DNA from: Singulisphaera sp.
GTDB taxonomy: Bacteria > Planctomycetota > Planctomycetia > Isosphaerales > Isosphaeraceae
Reading direction: 5' to 3'
NCBI GenBank assembly: GCA_027451445.1
Contig: DAIDJG010000067.1
Coordinates: 414-64,413 of the forward strand
DNA: 64,000 bases
Shown here: positions 11,301-18,614 of the stretch, piece after piece
Numbering within the stretch: position 1 is the first letter of the stretch
Layout of the letters: every line of letters starts with the position of its first letter
Notes under the pieces: model-generated
The model's database searches: none
Seen by the model: the letters and a program-made list of their open reading frames with translations, nothing else
What the model was told of the DNA's origin: nothing
Position numbers and translations under genes: made by a program

Positions 11301-12218
11301 GGCTGTCAGTCCGCCCGCATCGGTGCCGATCTCGTTCCCCTGCACGAGATTTCCGGACGACTCGCCACCGATAGCGATCCCGCTCCCACCGTTCCCAGAG
11401 ATCAGGTTGCGACTCGCCGCGGCCGGACCACCGATCAGGGTCCCGCCGGCGATGTTGAGGAGAACCCCCGGCGCAACGTTGCCGTGCGCGCCGTTCCCTT
11501 CCGCAACGGTTCCTGAGACGTCGGTACCAATGAAATCGCCCTGGATCGAATTTCCCGTAATCGGTACGTCGGCCGCGCCGTTACCCTGTGAGAGCCCTTC
11601 GAGGTCGACCTGGCCCTGCGTGCCCGAGAAACCGTAGAAGTTGTTGACCACCAGTCCCTGGACCGTTGCCCCGTTGCAGGTGAGGACCAGGCCGCTCGCG
11701 ACGAGCCCGTTGCCGTTCAACTCGATCCTCAGGACGGCGTTGTCTCCTTGCGACAACGTGTTCGCCTGGGCCCCAGGCTGGCTGTAACCGTCAACGACGA
11801 TCCCGCGGGTGAGCGAGGGGAGCGGCGTTAGCGGCGTGATGACCCACCAACTGTGAGCCCAGTCGGGGTCGATATTGGTAATCGAGGAGTCGTCGGCCGC
11901 GGTGGTCGTCACCCGATTGGCCAGTGTGACCGTGCCGGGCTGGCCGTTATCCTGGTAGTAGACATGGTTCGGGTCGTTCGCGACGATGCTGAACCCGATG
12001 CGGTCGACGTTGGGATCACGGTCGGCATCCAGGATAGCTTGGCGTAGTGAGCCCGCCCCGGAATCCTGCGTATTGGTGACCCAGACGGTCGACGGAAGGG
12101 TCCGCTCTTCCAGGAACTCAAGCCGGGGCCAGATCCTGAACGGCCTTCGAATCGCAGCGGACTTCCTTGCGGCGAGGCGAACCGTCTTCGACCGCGAGGC
12201 ACGGGTCTTGAAGAACAT
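5322..12218 (-). CDS. Giant exported repeat protein (2298 aa): parallel beta-helix repeats, 4 Ig-like domains, FG-GAP-like blades, and 3x (SdrD/Cna-B-like + proprotein-convertase P-domain-like) modules
   Basis: ATG at 12218 with a 'gaggaa' RBS. The N-terminus is basic and carries 'RLEFLEERTLPS'. Beta-helix-type 'GN.IG.' repeats are present. Ig signature 'VTFTAAAAGTPTPTVQWQVSTDGG'. 'SGVVFDDKNANGVIDPGE' segments are followed by 'MYLVAPSGTRVLL...GDWHLEV'. Confidence 0.9.
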   Translation of the reverse strand: MFFKTRASRSKTVRLAARKSAAIRRPFRIWPRLEFLEERTLPSTVWVTNTQDSGAGSLRQAILDADRDPNVDRIGFSIVANDPNHVYYQDNGQPGTVTLANRVTTTAADDSSITNIDPDWAHSWWVITPLTPLPSLTRGIVVDGYSQPGAQANTLSQGDNAVLRIELNGNGLVASGLVLTCNGATVQGLVVNNFYGFSGTQGQVDLEGLSQGNGAADVPITGNSIQGDFIGTDVSGTVAEGNGAHGNVAPGVLLNIAGGTLIGGPAAASRNLISGNGGSGIAIGGESSGNLVQGNEIGTDAGGLTALGNGIYGIAVSGGYAGSLNTTIGGAAAGDGNVIAANGAAGISLTGAVAGAQIAGNLIGTNVAGTAALGNHGDGVLDKDAYRGGTGLTGVTIGGVTPGMRNIISANGGWGVNLAVEDGGDVIQGNLIGTDAAGVVALGNAQGGVAIVNVASPETIGGVNSDGSATHAGNLISGNHGKGVYLGNSTASSLVQGNLIGTDITGTKPLGNRSDGVFLDSQTSDNQIGGTTPGVGNVIAFNGSSAAASGIGTAIGNGVHVFLSGPGNAILGNAIFANQLLGIDLNATGATIGDGVTPNSPGGPHSGPNDLQNTPVLTSAAAGISDVTIAGTLNSTPSTTFRVEFFANAVGDPTGHGQGQTYLGFASLTTDGTGNTSFSTDLPVSLPSGQWVISSTSTDPAGNTSEFSGNVTAVMSQVPPSVNTSPTDATACAGDSVTFTAAAAGTPTPTVQWQVSTDGGASFSDIPGATSSALTFAADPSQNSDLYQAVFTNAAGAATTSPAQLTVKTDPIVTINPSNQTVAVNGLDRLGIFDPVSATFYLRDEPGLIPLTGDWTGTGHLGIGAYDPSTATFYLRNELSAGPADVAKPFQFGAPGWIPLTGDWTGTGHTGIGAYDPSTATFYLRNELSAGPPDVAKPFQFGAPGWIPLTGDWTGTGHTSIGAFDPTTGIFYLRTQLNGGPPDAASPFAFGTAGWVPVTGDWNGLGHAGIGVFDPGSGTLFQRNELSAGPSDATTPFQLGAPAWLSALSAGAGSSPAGNEGTANFTVAASGDPATVQWEVSRDGGKTFRDIPGATSATLSFLPTVYEDGNEYRAVFTNDCGTTTTSAATLTLTYSVSGVVFDDKNANGVIDPGESPLSGWTVYLSQDHNSQPQSAVLPISSTDVPHQIPSLSSVSSTSTVAGAMGVVTDVTVTVDLTHAAGVTMYLVAPSGTRVLLLDSVAGFNDNFQGTTLDDRADTPITAGQGTFTGRFQPQGSLADFNGLDPNGDWHLEVRNGGEDQISTLNDWSMSLTVGDPVATTGADGRFSFVGLEAASYVLNEVAQIGWTPTAAISRNVFPSGQEAINAFGNAHDSTISGSVFNDRNGDGQQEPSEPGVAGQTVFVDYSGTGVPGDASLIVPDFYWSPTQPDAPYNDNLFLPITSAGLTYNLVVISGATGSVWGGVVSVTIWAHDPSLLRFTLISPSGRHFDLPTDPVLVTNPPDKPPLGEHAYELAMNWSEAGVREDIDGTWQLGFSDGPYKGPGDLFPYGDSLVFMQIGFGVTEPTTRTDAQGNYALPVDGGFSLPISGGSSAIPSFDPGTYPLGLHTTSDWLGTGATQMIQVLNENSTVTANFAVISLLPPTVTVDPSDQTVDGRSQVSFTAAANGSPPPTVQWQVSRNGGATFSDLSGATSTTLTLAPADEQDGNLYRAVFSNPGGTATTRAALLTVSSQFSSISGTVFNDLNGDGIQESGEPGLAGRTVYLDTGATTPVVEDNQTSQTLIANSTATSTVNVMGAVSGISDVSIVLVIDGSPDVTTSIYLTNPTGMRVLVDQGRLGDLESSGLPVVFANLPIFNGQNANGVWTLSVNRPSDGAPAATLRSWELRFSEPSLRQSVQTDSQGRYTLQHVSQGTHVIREVLPSGWTETSPVNGHVVVMIGGQPLTGHDFGSAVGSAVALEPRTEQGAAFPLVVTAPIGGRVTLSASAYDLPYTHVQWYRIGPDGHVSAIPGADSPVLSFVADASQSGTSYQASFIMPASSVYVSYTSIVQLSVVPITAGMLQSALDLSSIVTLTATTNTDVHSVVAAVNRLTPSSVPEMVIVNVGSGTYSGITISPPANVTVVINGTSGSTTFVGNSPALTVLSGTVFVNDVTLRNATQAPTVLVAGGRLTLRGDRVEETTKGNQPAVSIVGGTVDLGTTAAGGLDPGNNTFNVHTTGVFIQNTGRNPVPALGDVFTVNGVRLVSPYQIQSRIVSVRDAAGHGLVTVGAFTAPTSSWRTAAVARQFSRGNGNTGKGRIVH
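9085..9740 (-). repeat. Coding tandem repeat with a 147-bp (49-aa) period, about 5 copies (FG-GAP-like blades)
   Basis: 'gtgccggtccagtcgccggtcag' recurs at 9352, 9499 and 9646. Copies 9352-9498 and 9499-9645 are nearly identical at the DNA level. The peptide unit is 'GIGAYDPSTATFYLRNELSAGP.DVAKPFQFGAPGWIPLTGDWTGTGH'. Confidence 0.85.
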
Positions 12219-12637
12219 GCTCGATTCCTCATTGGGGTTAACCCACCCCGAACGAATTCGATTTTTCGCATCGATTCGGGATGTTCAGCCGAAATCTTTT
12301 GTCACATGATAGCCGTGCACAGCCGATTGCGAAACCAGGAAGGGTACGCATTAGCGCTCGAAAGCGCGGCGCTGAGTGAGTCACAATCGCGAGTTGCTCG
12401 CGGTGGAACCCGTGCTTCGCCGGACCGGCGACGAGCACATTCAGGCCGAAGATTCCCGCGCGTGGTTCCCCGGCCGCGGGGAAGCGATCCAGAAGGTGCT
12501 TCTCGCACCGACAATCGCCGCCTCGAGATCGCGCGGAAACGAGCCGCCGGCTAAAATATATGCCCTGGGGTCATCCGCTTGTCCCAGCTTCCTCCGTGGC
12601 GGTCGAAACCGGCGGTTGATGAAATCGTCGCCCAAGG

Positions 12638-13120
12638 CTATCCGTCCAGCTCGCGATCCCACATGCGGTGTGCCGTGTTAATTCGTGGCGAGAAAGACTC
12701 GTCGCGCGTTGCCGTCGCAGATGGCCAAAGCGCCGGATTCACTCGGTCAGGTATCGACGATCGCTCCAGGACTGAAACGTGGTTTCTGAAACGACGACGC
12801 GTCCCGAGCCTGACGAGATAGCCCATGAACGGACCAGCAAAAAGACCGATCGGAGTGCAAGGATCGAGGAGCGGCCAGCCCCACATGGTGCCACACGCGA
12901 GAGCGGCAAGGGCCGAACACAGGTCCCACGAGTCCTCTGCGACGAACGCGATGCTCACGATGCCCAGGCATCCGCCCAGGAGGAACCAGTATCCAGGATT
13001 CACAGGCACACGTCCAACCGCGAAAACTCCAAAGAGGACCGCCGATCCGACCAGTATTTGACGACGCGCCATCCGAACCCGCTCAACAGTTAGACGCGTT
13101 CGCGCGTCGACCAGATTCAT
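12638..13120 (-). CDS. Hypothetical small membrane protein
   Basis: The ORF has 3-4 hydrophobic segments ('ILVGSAVLFGVFAVG', 'YWFLLGGCLGIVSIAFV'). The start is ambiguous (13147 TTG, 13120 ATG, 13072 ATG). No family was recognised. Confidence 0.35.
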   Translation of the reverse strand: MNLVDARTRLTVERVRMARRQILVGSAVLFGVFAVGRVPVNPGYWFLLGGCLGIVSIAFVAEDSWDLCSALAALACGTMWGWPLLDPCTPIGLFAGPFMGYLVRLGTRRRFRNHVSVLERSSIPDRVNPALWPSATATRDESFSPRINTAHRMWDRELDG

Positions 13121-13350
13121 CACCTGATAACGATTTTGAGGACTCAACGACGTTCACGCAAGGCCGGTCGTCTGGCGGCCGGCGTGAGTTCGTGCGGACT
13201 GGCGTCGTGAGCTGCGAGGCGTTGCGAGCGCATTCCCAGGCGCCCGGTGGGGTTCATTCGTTGCGGGTCCGCGAAAAACTAGCTAACGTGAGAAGTGCGC
13301 CGGCCGACGTTGCAAATTGCTGATAACCGTTTTGATAAAATAGGATAACC

Positions 13351-15246
13351 ATGAGATCAACCACGATCCTCGATCGTCGTCTCGCCGCGGTGTTGGTGTT
13401 GACGATCGTGTGCGGCGAGTCCGGGGGACAGACGGTCCCTGCTCGCAGCAAGCCGTCCGAGCCCGCGCCGCCGGTCGCCGGGGCCCTGTCGGCCGACGTG
13501 CTCAAGAAGGTCAAGCGTGCCACGGTCCAGGTCCGGGTCCAGTTGCCGAACAAGCGGACGGGGCAGGGGAGTGGCTTTTTCGGAGTCGAGCCGGGCCTGG
13601 TACTGACGAACGCCCATGTCCTGGATATGTTCCGGCCCGACAGCCGGCGGCCCTCGAAGGTCGAGGTCGTGATCCAGAGCGGCCAGCGCGACGAGCGGAC
13701 GCTCCCCGCCGAAGTGCTCGGCGCGGATACAGGGTCGGACCTGGCGGTGCTCCGCGTGAAAGGATCGAACCTGCCGGACCCCCTGACCGTCGGGCCCGCT
13801 GAGGAGCTGCTCGAAACGCAGAGTGTCTACGTGTTCGGGTTCCCGTTCAGCGATGTGATCGGCAAGGCGATCACGGTGAACACGTCGTCCGTGTCGAGCC
13901 TCAGGCGCAATAACCTGGGGGTCTTGCAGCGGGTCCAGGTCAACGGCGGGATGAACCCCGGGAACTCGGGCGGGCCGGTCGTCGACACAAGCGGCAACGT
14001 GATCGGCGTCGCGGTCTCGGCGGTCAGCCAGACGCAGATCAACTTCGCCGTGCCCGGCGAGCTCGTCCACTCGCTGCTGGCAGGCAAAGTCAACACGCTC
14101 ACGTTCGGTCAGCCCTACAAGGACGGCGCAACGGTGAAGTCGCTGTTCGAGGTCCGGACGCTCGACCCTCTGAACAAGATCCGCAAGGTCTCTGTCACCT
14201 GCTGGACCGGCCCCAGCGCCAAGAACCGCGCCGATGCGCCGGCCCAGCCTGCTGCCGACAGCCCGAAGCGCCAGACAGTCGACCTCACAATCGAAAAGGG
14301 CTACGCCAAGGCGGACGTCTTGCTGCCGAAACTTGACGAGGGGGACGTCTACTGGATCGTCCCGGTTGTCGACGGCAGCACCCTCGCCTCGCAGAAATGG
14401 CTGCCCGTGCTCTGGACGGTCCGGCCGCCCGTCGAGCGCACGCCGGCGGTCCTGGCGCTCAAGTATGAGGCGAAAGCGAAGTCCGACCTGGAGATGACCA
14501 GCATCATGACCCTCGCCTTTCGCGACGAGCTCGGCGGCGAACACTCGCTCGTCTCGAACATGAAGCTCAACCTCACCGAAGAGGTTGTGCAGGTGAATTC
14601 CGACGGCAACGCCGAGCTCCACCTGCGCTATTCCAAGATTTCGATGGGCCTGAAACTCGACGGCAAGGTGCTCCCCAAGGACGAACAGCTTCAGAAAATC
14701 TTGCCGAATCTGTTTCGGGTCGGTGCCGACCTGCGCATGGACCCGAAGGGGACGATCCTCGATAACCGGCTCGACCTGACGAACGTCCCCCTCAGCGTAC
14801 GGCCGCGGATCGGCTCGATCGCCGAACGCATCAAGCAGTCGGTCGAGGCCGCCGAGGTCATTCTGCCCGGCAAGCTCACCGACACCAATACCCCCTGGAC
14901 GGGCCAGCGCGACCTCCCGATCGATACCCCGGGGGACGACGAGACGGGGGTCATCGACGTGAAATACACGTACCTCGGCCAACGCACCCGCAACAAGATC
15001 CGCGAGGCGCTCATCGACCTGAAGGGCGACGTGAAGGGCCGCCAGGGGAAAGGTCAGAACATCGGCGGCCACGTCCAGGGGCTCGCCTTCCTCGATCTTG
15101 ACGCGGGGCGCGTCTTTCAAGTCAACGTCACGACCTATCTCGACATGGACCTCATCGTCAACGGCCGCCCCGCCAAGGCCAATGGCAAGCTCGAAGTGAA
15201 GCTCGCCCGCAGACCGGCCGGCGAGCCCGCCGCCGCTACCAAGTGA
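13351..15246 (+). CDS. Secreted trypsin-like serine protease (S1C/DegP-like catalytic domain with a long non-PDZ C-terminal region)
   Basis: A signal-like N-terminus is present. The catalytic triad contexts are 'LTNAHV', 'DLAVLRV' and 'GNSGGPVV'. Confidence 0.9.
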   Translation: MRSTTILDRRLAAVLVLTIVCGESGGQTVPARSKPSEPAPPVAGALSADVLKKVKRATVQVRVQLPNKRTGQGSGFFGVEPGLVLTNAHVLDMFRPDSRRPSKVEVVIQSGQRDERTLPAEVLGADTGSDLAVLRVKGSNLPDPLTVGPAEELLETQSVYVFGFPFSDVIGKAITVNTSSVSSLRRNNLGVLQRVQVNGGMNPGNSGGPVVDTSGNVIGVAVSAVSQTQINFAVPGELVHSLLAGKVNTLTFGQPYKDGATVKSLFEVRTLDPLNKIRKVSVTCWTGPSAKNRADAPAQPAADSPKRQTVDLTIEKGYAKADVLLPKLDEGDVYWIVPVVDGSTLASQKWLPVLWTVRPPVERTPAVLALKYEAKAKSDLEMTSIMTLAFRDELGGEHSLVSNMKLNLTEEVVQVNSDGNAELHLRYSKISMGLKLDGKVLPKDEQLQKILPNLFRVGADLRMDPKGTILDNRLDLTNVPLSVRPRIGSIAERIKQSVEAAEVILPGKLTDTNTPWTGQRDLPIDTPGDDETGVIDVKYTYLGQRTRNKIREALIDLKGDVKGRQGKGQNIGGHVQGLAFLDLDAGRVFQVNVTTYLDMDLIVNGRPAKANGKLEVKLARRPAGEPAAATK

Positions 15247-15262
15247 TCCATCGGCCCGCCAC

Positions 15263-15300
15263 GAGGGACTGGCGCTGCGACAGCGCAAGACCAGTCCCTC
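15263..15300. terminator. Hairpin between convergent genes (candidate bidirectional terminator)
   Basis: 'gagggactgg' (15263-15272) pairs with 'ccagtccctc' (15291-15300), with an inner pairing cgctg/cagcg. It lies between the protease stop (15246) and the BlaR1-like stop (15334). There is no clear U-tract. Confidence 0.4.
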
Positions 15301-15333
15301 CCGCAAGAGCCGTGGCCAACACCGGCAGACCGG

Positions 15334-17025
15334 TTACCGCGTGTTCGGAGGCGTGATCCGTTCTCCCCCTCGCATTTCATTCCTGAGGTTTTGCAGGTCC
15401 TTCACAAGCTGGTCGAGCCGGCCCTCGAGTGCTCGCATCCGCTCCTCCTGTTCCGGTCCAAACGGGGGCCGGGGCCTCGGTCGTCCGTGTGCCTCGGGCA
15501 GAGATCGGGCGTTGTCAGGCGTGCGACGATCGAGACGCTCTCGAGCCGCGGGCGGCTCAATCAAGCGATCCGTAGATGGGGCATGCAATCGCTCCGGTGG
15601 CGTGGCGTCAATTCGTCCGCGGACGTCAAACGAGTGGACGCGAGTGAATCGAAGGTGCGGACGGCCTTCGAGCTCCGCCAGGCGTTGCTCCGCCTGTTGA
15701 AGCTTCTCGTGAAGCTCGTGCACCTCTTTCCGCGTCTTCTCGATCTCCTCGACGCGCTTCGGATCGGCCGGTTCCGTCTCAACGCGGCGTGCTCGACGGA
15801 CCTCGCGCTCACCCTCGGGAGCGGCATCGCGCGATCGCGGCGCCGGGTCGTCGCCGCGACGATCGACGGCAGCCGCCTCGCGGCGGGCTTCGTCGGGCTT
15901 TGGCTCACCATCGCGCTGCGCCCAGGTGGGCGCCAGGGGCAACAGCACACCGGCCAGAGTGAACACGGCCAGCCGGCCGGGCCACGACAGGCCCTTGGGA
16001 GTCTGCGCACGGACGATCATCGTCAGCCTCCGTTTCAAGCAAGACACCTGCCCGATCCCGCTGGCCGCCAAAGGCACAGAGGATCGCGGCTCGGAGAGGA
16101 AATCCAGCGTTGTCAACAACGCGCGGGCGTACGATCGGGCCGACTCGGGCCAGGCCCAGACGACCCAGGCGTCGCAACACTGCTCTTCAACCTCTCGCAG
16201 CGCCCGACGCGCCCACCAAACGACGGGGTGCCACCAGTAGAGGCCCCCGATCAGCAGCTCCAGCCAACGCATCCAGTGATCGCGCCGGCGCAGGTGGGCC
16301 AGCTCGTGGATCAAGAGCGACTCACGCTCCTCGGCCGTGAGCCTCTGCCAGAGTGAACTCGGGAGCACGAGACTCGCCGCGCCGCCGATGAACCAGATCA
16401 AAGGGGGCACCTGGCCCGGCACGAGCAGAACGCGCGGAGCCTTCGCCAAACTCAGACGCGCCGCCAGCCGCTGCACCTGTTCCGACAGCGCGACAGACGG
16501 TGAGTCTGCGTCGCGAAGCGAGCGCTGAAACCGCACCATCCGTACGGCCGCAAGCCCCCACCAGCCCAGCGCCCCTACGAACCAACACGCCAAAAGCCAA
16601 GGAACGGACGCTGCGAAGTCGATCCGAGACGGCGTGCAGAGCAGGGCTTTGGCCCGCGCATCCTGAGTCGGCTCAACGAGTTCCTCGACCGCGATCGAGT
16701 CTGCGGGAGTGATTTGAAGATCCGACTCTTGTGCAGGGGACAGTAATGGTTCGTCGGCAAGCTTCTCCGGCTCAAACTCCAGCACTTTCGCTACGTTCGC
16801 CGACGCTTGCGGCTCGCCCAACGTGATGGCGACCGATGCGATCGGCGGGGTCACGAGCTTCAAAAGAACGAGAACCCAGAGGCTGTGTGTCAACGCCGGC
16901 CGGCGAATCGTCCTCCCGGCCCCTGCGGCCAGCAATGCCAGCAGCGTCGCGGCCAAAGCGTTAGTCAGTCCCGCCTGTACGAGCCCTTGCATGCCGTTCC
17001 CCTTTCCTGGCGAGTGCCGGGTCAC
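15334..17025 (-). CDS. BlaR1/MecR1-type M56 peptidase signal transducer (no penicillin-binding sensor domain; coiled-coil C-terminus)
   Basis: It has TM segments and the zinc motif 'HELAHLRRRDH'. The GTG start overlaps the BlaI stop (GTGA at 17022-17025). An alternative ATG lies at 16992. Confidence 0.85.
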   Translation of the reverse strand: MTRHSPGKGNGMQGLVQAGLTNALAATLLALLAAGAGRTIRRPALTHSLWVLVLLKLVTPPIASVAITLGEPQASANVAKVLEFEPEKLADEPLLSPAQESDLQITPADSIAVEELVEPTQDARAKALLCTPSRIDFAASVPWLLACWFVGALGWWGLAAVRMVRFQRSLRDADSPSVALSEQVQRLAARLSLAKAPRVLLVPGQVPPLIWFIGGAASLVLPSSLWQRLTAEERESLLIHELAHLRRRDHWMRWLELLIGGLYWWHPVVWWARRALREVEEQCCDAWVVWAWPESARSYARALLTTLDFLSEPRSSVPLAASGIGQVSCLKRRLTMIVRAQTPKGLSWPGRLAVFTLAGVLLPLAPTWAQRDGEPKPDEARREAAAVDRRGDDPAPRSRDAAPEGEREVRRARRVETEPADPKRVEEIEKTRKEVHELHEKLQQAEQRLAELEGRPHLRFTRVHSFDVRGRIDATPPERLHAPSTDRLIEPPAARERLDRRTPDNARSLPEAHGRPRPRPPFGPEQEERMRALEGRLDQLVKDLQNLRNEMRGGERITPPNTR

Positions 17026-17432
17026 TTCGGCTTTGACTGCGAGCCGGGGGTTGTGTCGCCTTCGCCCTCGATCAGGGCATGGAGCGCTGCGCGCTCTTCG
17101 TCGGTCAGCCGTTGGGCCCGTGCCAGGTGGGTCATCAACGGCGTCATCGAGCCGTCGCAGAGCGTCTCGGCGAGCGCCCGCAGGCGCCGGCCAATCAGCT
17201 CGTCGCGCTCGAGCGCGGGCTCAAACTGGTGCACGAACAGCGAGCGATCGCGACGCACATAGCCTTTCGCCTCCATACGCTCCAACAGCTTCTGCACCGT
17301 TGCATACTGCGCCGCACTGCCGCCCGGGTAGAGCGTGTCCGTCAAGAGCCGGATCGTGGCACTCCGGCGCTCCCAGAGCACGCGTAGCACCGCCAGTTCC
17401 GACTCCGTAATGTCCTGCGCAGGTCGTCCCAT
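17022..17432 (-). CDS. BlaI/MecI/CopY family transcriptional repressor
   Basis: Winged-helix N-terminus 'ITESELAVLRVLWERRSATIRLLTDTL...YATVQKLLERMEAKGYV'. It is coupled to the downstream M56 gene. Confidence 0.9.
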   Translation of the reverse strand: MGRPAQDITESELAVLRVLWERRSATIRLLTDTLYPGGSAAQYATVQKLLERMEAKGYVRRDRSLFVHQFEPALERDELIGRRLRALAETLCDGSMTPLMTHLARAQRLTDEERAALHALIEGEGDTTPGSQSKPK

Positions 17433-17522
17433 CGGGGCTTCCAGTTCGTTTGTCTGAGAGTTCAGTTGTTTTGTCTGAGATGAAGGATAGGCGGGTGGTC
17501 AGGGGACGTCAAGAGGCGATTT

Positions 17523-18368
17523 TCAGGATTCGCGTGAGGCCAGATCGCGCAGGAGACGGTCGGCCCAGGCGGCATCTTCGTCGGATAGGGGAGGTACGGG
17601 AGGGAGGGAGTAGTCAATAGCACCGCGGCGGTAGGCCCCGGCATCGTAGACACGATTAAAGATATACTGAAGATCGAGTGGCAACTCACCCATACCTTCC
17701 GTGAGGGGTACCGGAAAGCAGGGCAACCATTCGCGAAGTGTGCAAGGAAAGATCTCGTACGGAGCCACTCTCTGTTTGCGCCGCCAGGCGCGGTTGACGA
17801 GTACGAGATAGTTGACGGGGGGCTTGATTTGACCAGCCAGTGCTTCCAAATCCATTTCAGATAAGGTTCGCTTGCCTGCTCGAAGCAGGTCGATCTCGAT
17901 GAGGCTTGCGTCGCTCGCCAGGACTTCGGCTTGTTTCCTTAGATAGGCGTCACGATCGGATCCCGGGAGCTTGTTGGACGGACTGAGGATCTCGATGAGC
18001 GTGATGAGTTGGTGACCTCTTCGGGCGTCGCGAATCTCGACGTAAGGATGCTCGATCGGATCGATCTCAACGACATACTCAAACGAATTCGAGAGCACAC
18101 TTCGCGGGCGGTCGAGGATGGCAGTGCTTTCCGGATTCGAGACCCGACGGTGCTCCCGCAACACGAGGACGTCGGGAACGATCCACCTTCGCGTGTTGGG
18201 TTCTTCCACGACTCCCATCTCCGAGCGCGCTTCGACTCGGGCGTAGAATGGGCTTGGTAGGGTTTGATTCAACGAGTTCTTGAGTTCGGCGGCAAGGCCG
18301 TGGTGAAAGTCGGGCCAGATTCCTGGCTCTTCGAGGTAGGGATCCATGCCGGGGAAGGGTGACGGCAC
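17523..18368 (-). CDS. DUF4058 family protein (PD-(D/E)xK-like), second paralog
   Basis: '(M/V)PSPFPGMDPYLEEPGIWPDFH' at the N-terminus, and 'VEIRDARRGHQLITLIEILSPSNK' in the core. Confidence 0.85.
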   Translation of the reverse strand: MPSPFPGMDPYLEEPGIWPDFHHGLAAELKNSLNQTLPSPFYARVEARSEMGVVEEPNTRRWIVPDVLVLREHRRVSNPESTAILDRPRSVLSNSFEYVVEIDPIEHPYVEIRDARRGHQLITLIEILSPSNKLPGSDRDAYLRKQAEVLASDASLIEIDLLRAGKRTLSEMDLEALAGQIKPPVNYLVLVNRAWRRKQRVAPYEIFPCTLREWLPCFPVPLTEGMGELPLDLQYIFNRVYDAGAYRRGAIDYSLPPVPPLSDEDAAWADRLLRDLASRES

Positions 18369-18614
18369 CGACAGTTCTCCTTACAGGTACCAGCGGTGAA
18401 TTGCCAGCTTATTATACAAGACCGTGAGCGAATCGAACACAACGGGATCACGCCGATCGTTGCGCGCCGTTTCCGCTCCTGGCTCCCAAGCCTACTGCTC
18501 AGACGGGGCTAATTGTGAGTTCGGTCCTCAGTCGATATCCTGGAGCAGTTGAGATCGGGTGACATGGGAACTGAGGCCCGTGCCCCATCTCAGCCTCGAC
18601 TCGGGACCGCCTTC

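Noticed and set aside
13357-15306. 649-aa ORF antisense to the S1 protease gene. Similar long shadow ORFs are 5439..6827 (+), 8715..10307 (+), 10404..11516 (+), 26899..28203 (-), 30562..32376 (-), 48554..49558 (+), 50496..51977 (-) and 61264..62460 (+).
   Set aside because: These are Arg/Gly/Asp/His-rich low-complexity translations with no motifs. Each lies exactly opposite a well-supported gene, which is typical of open antisense frames in high-GC DNA.
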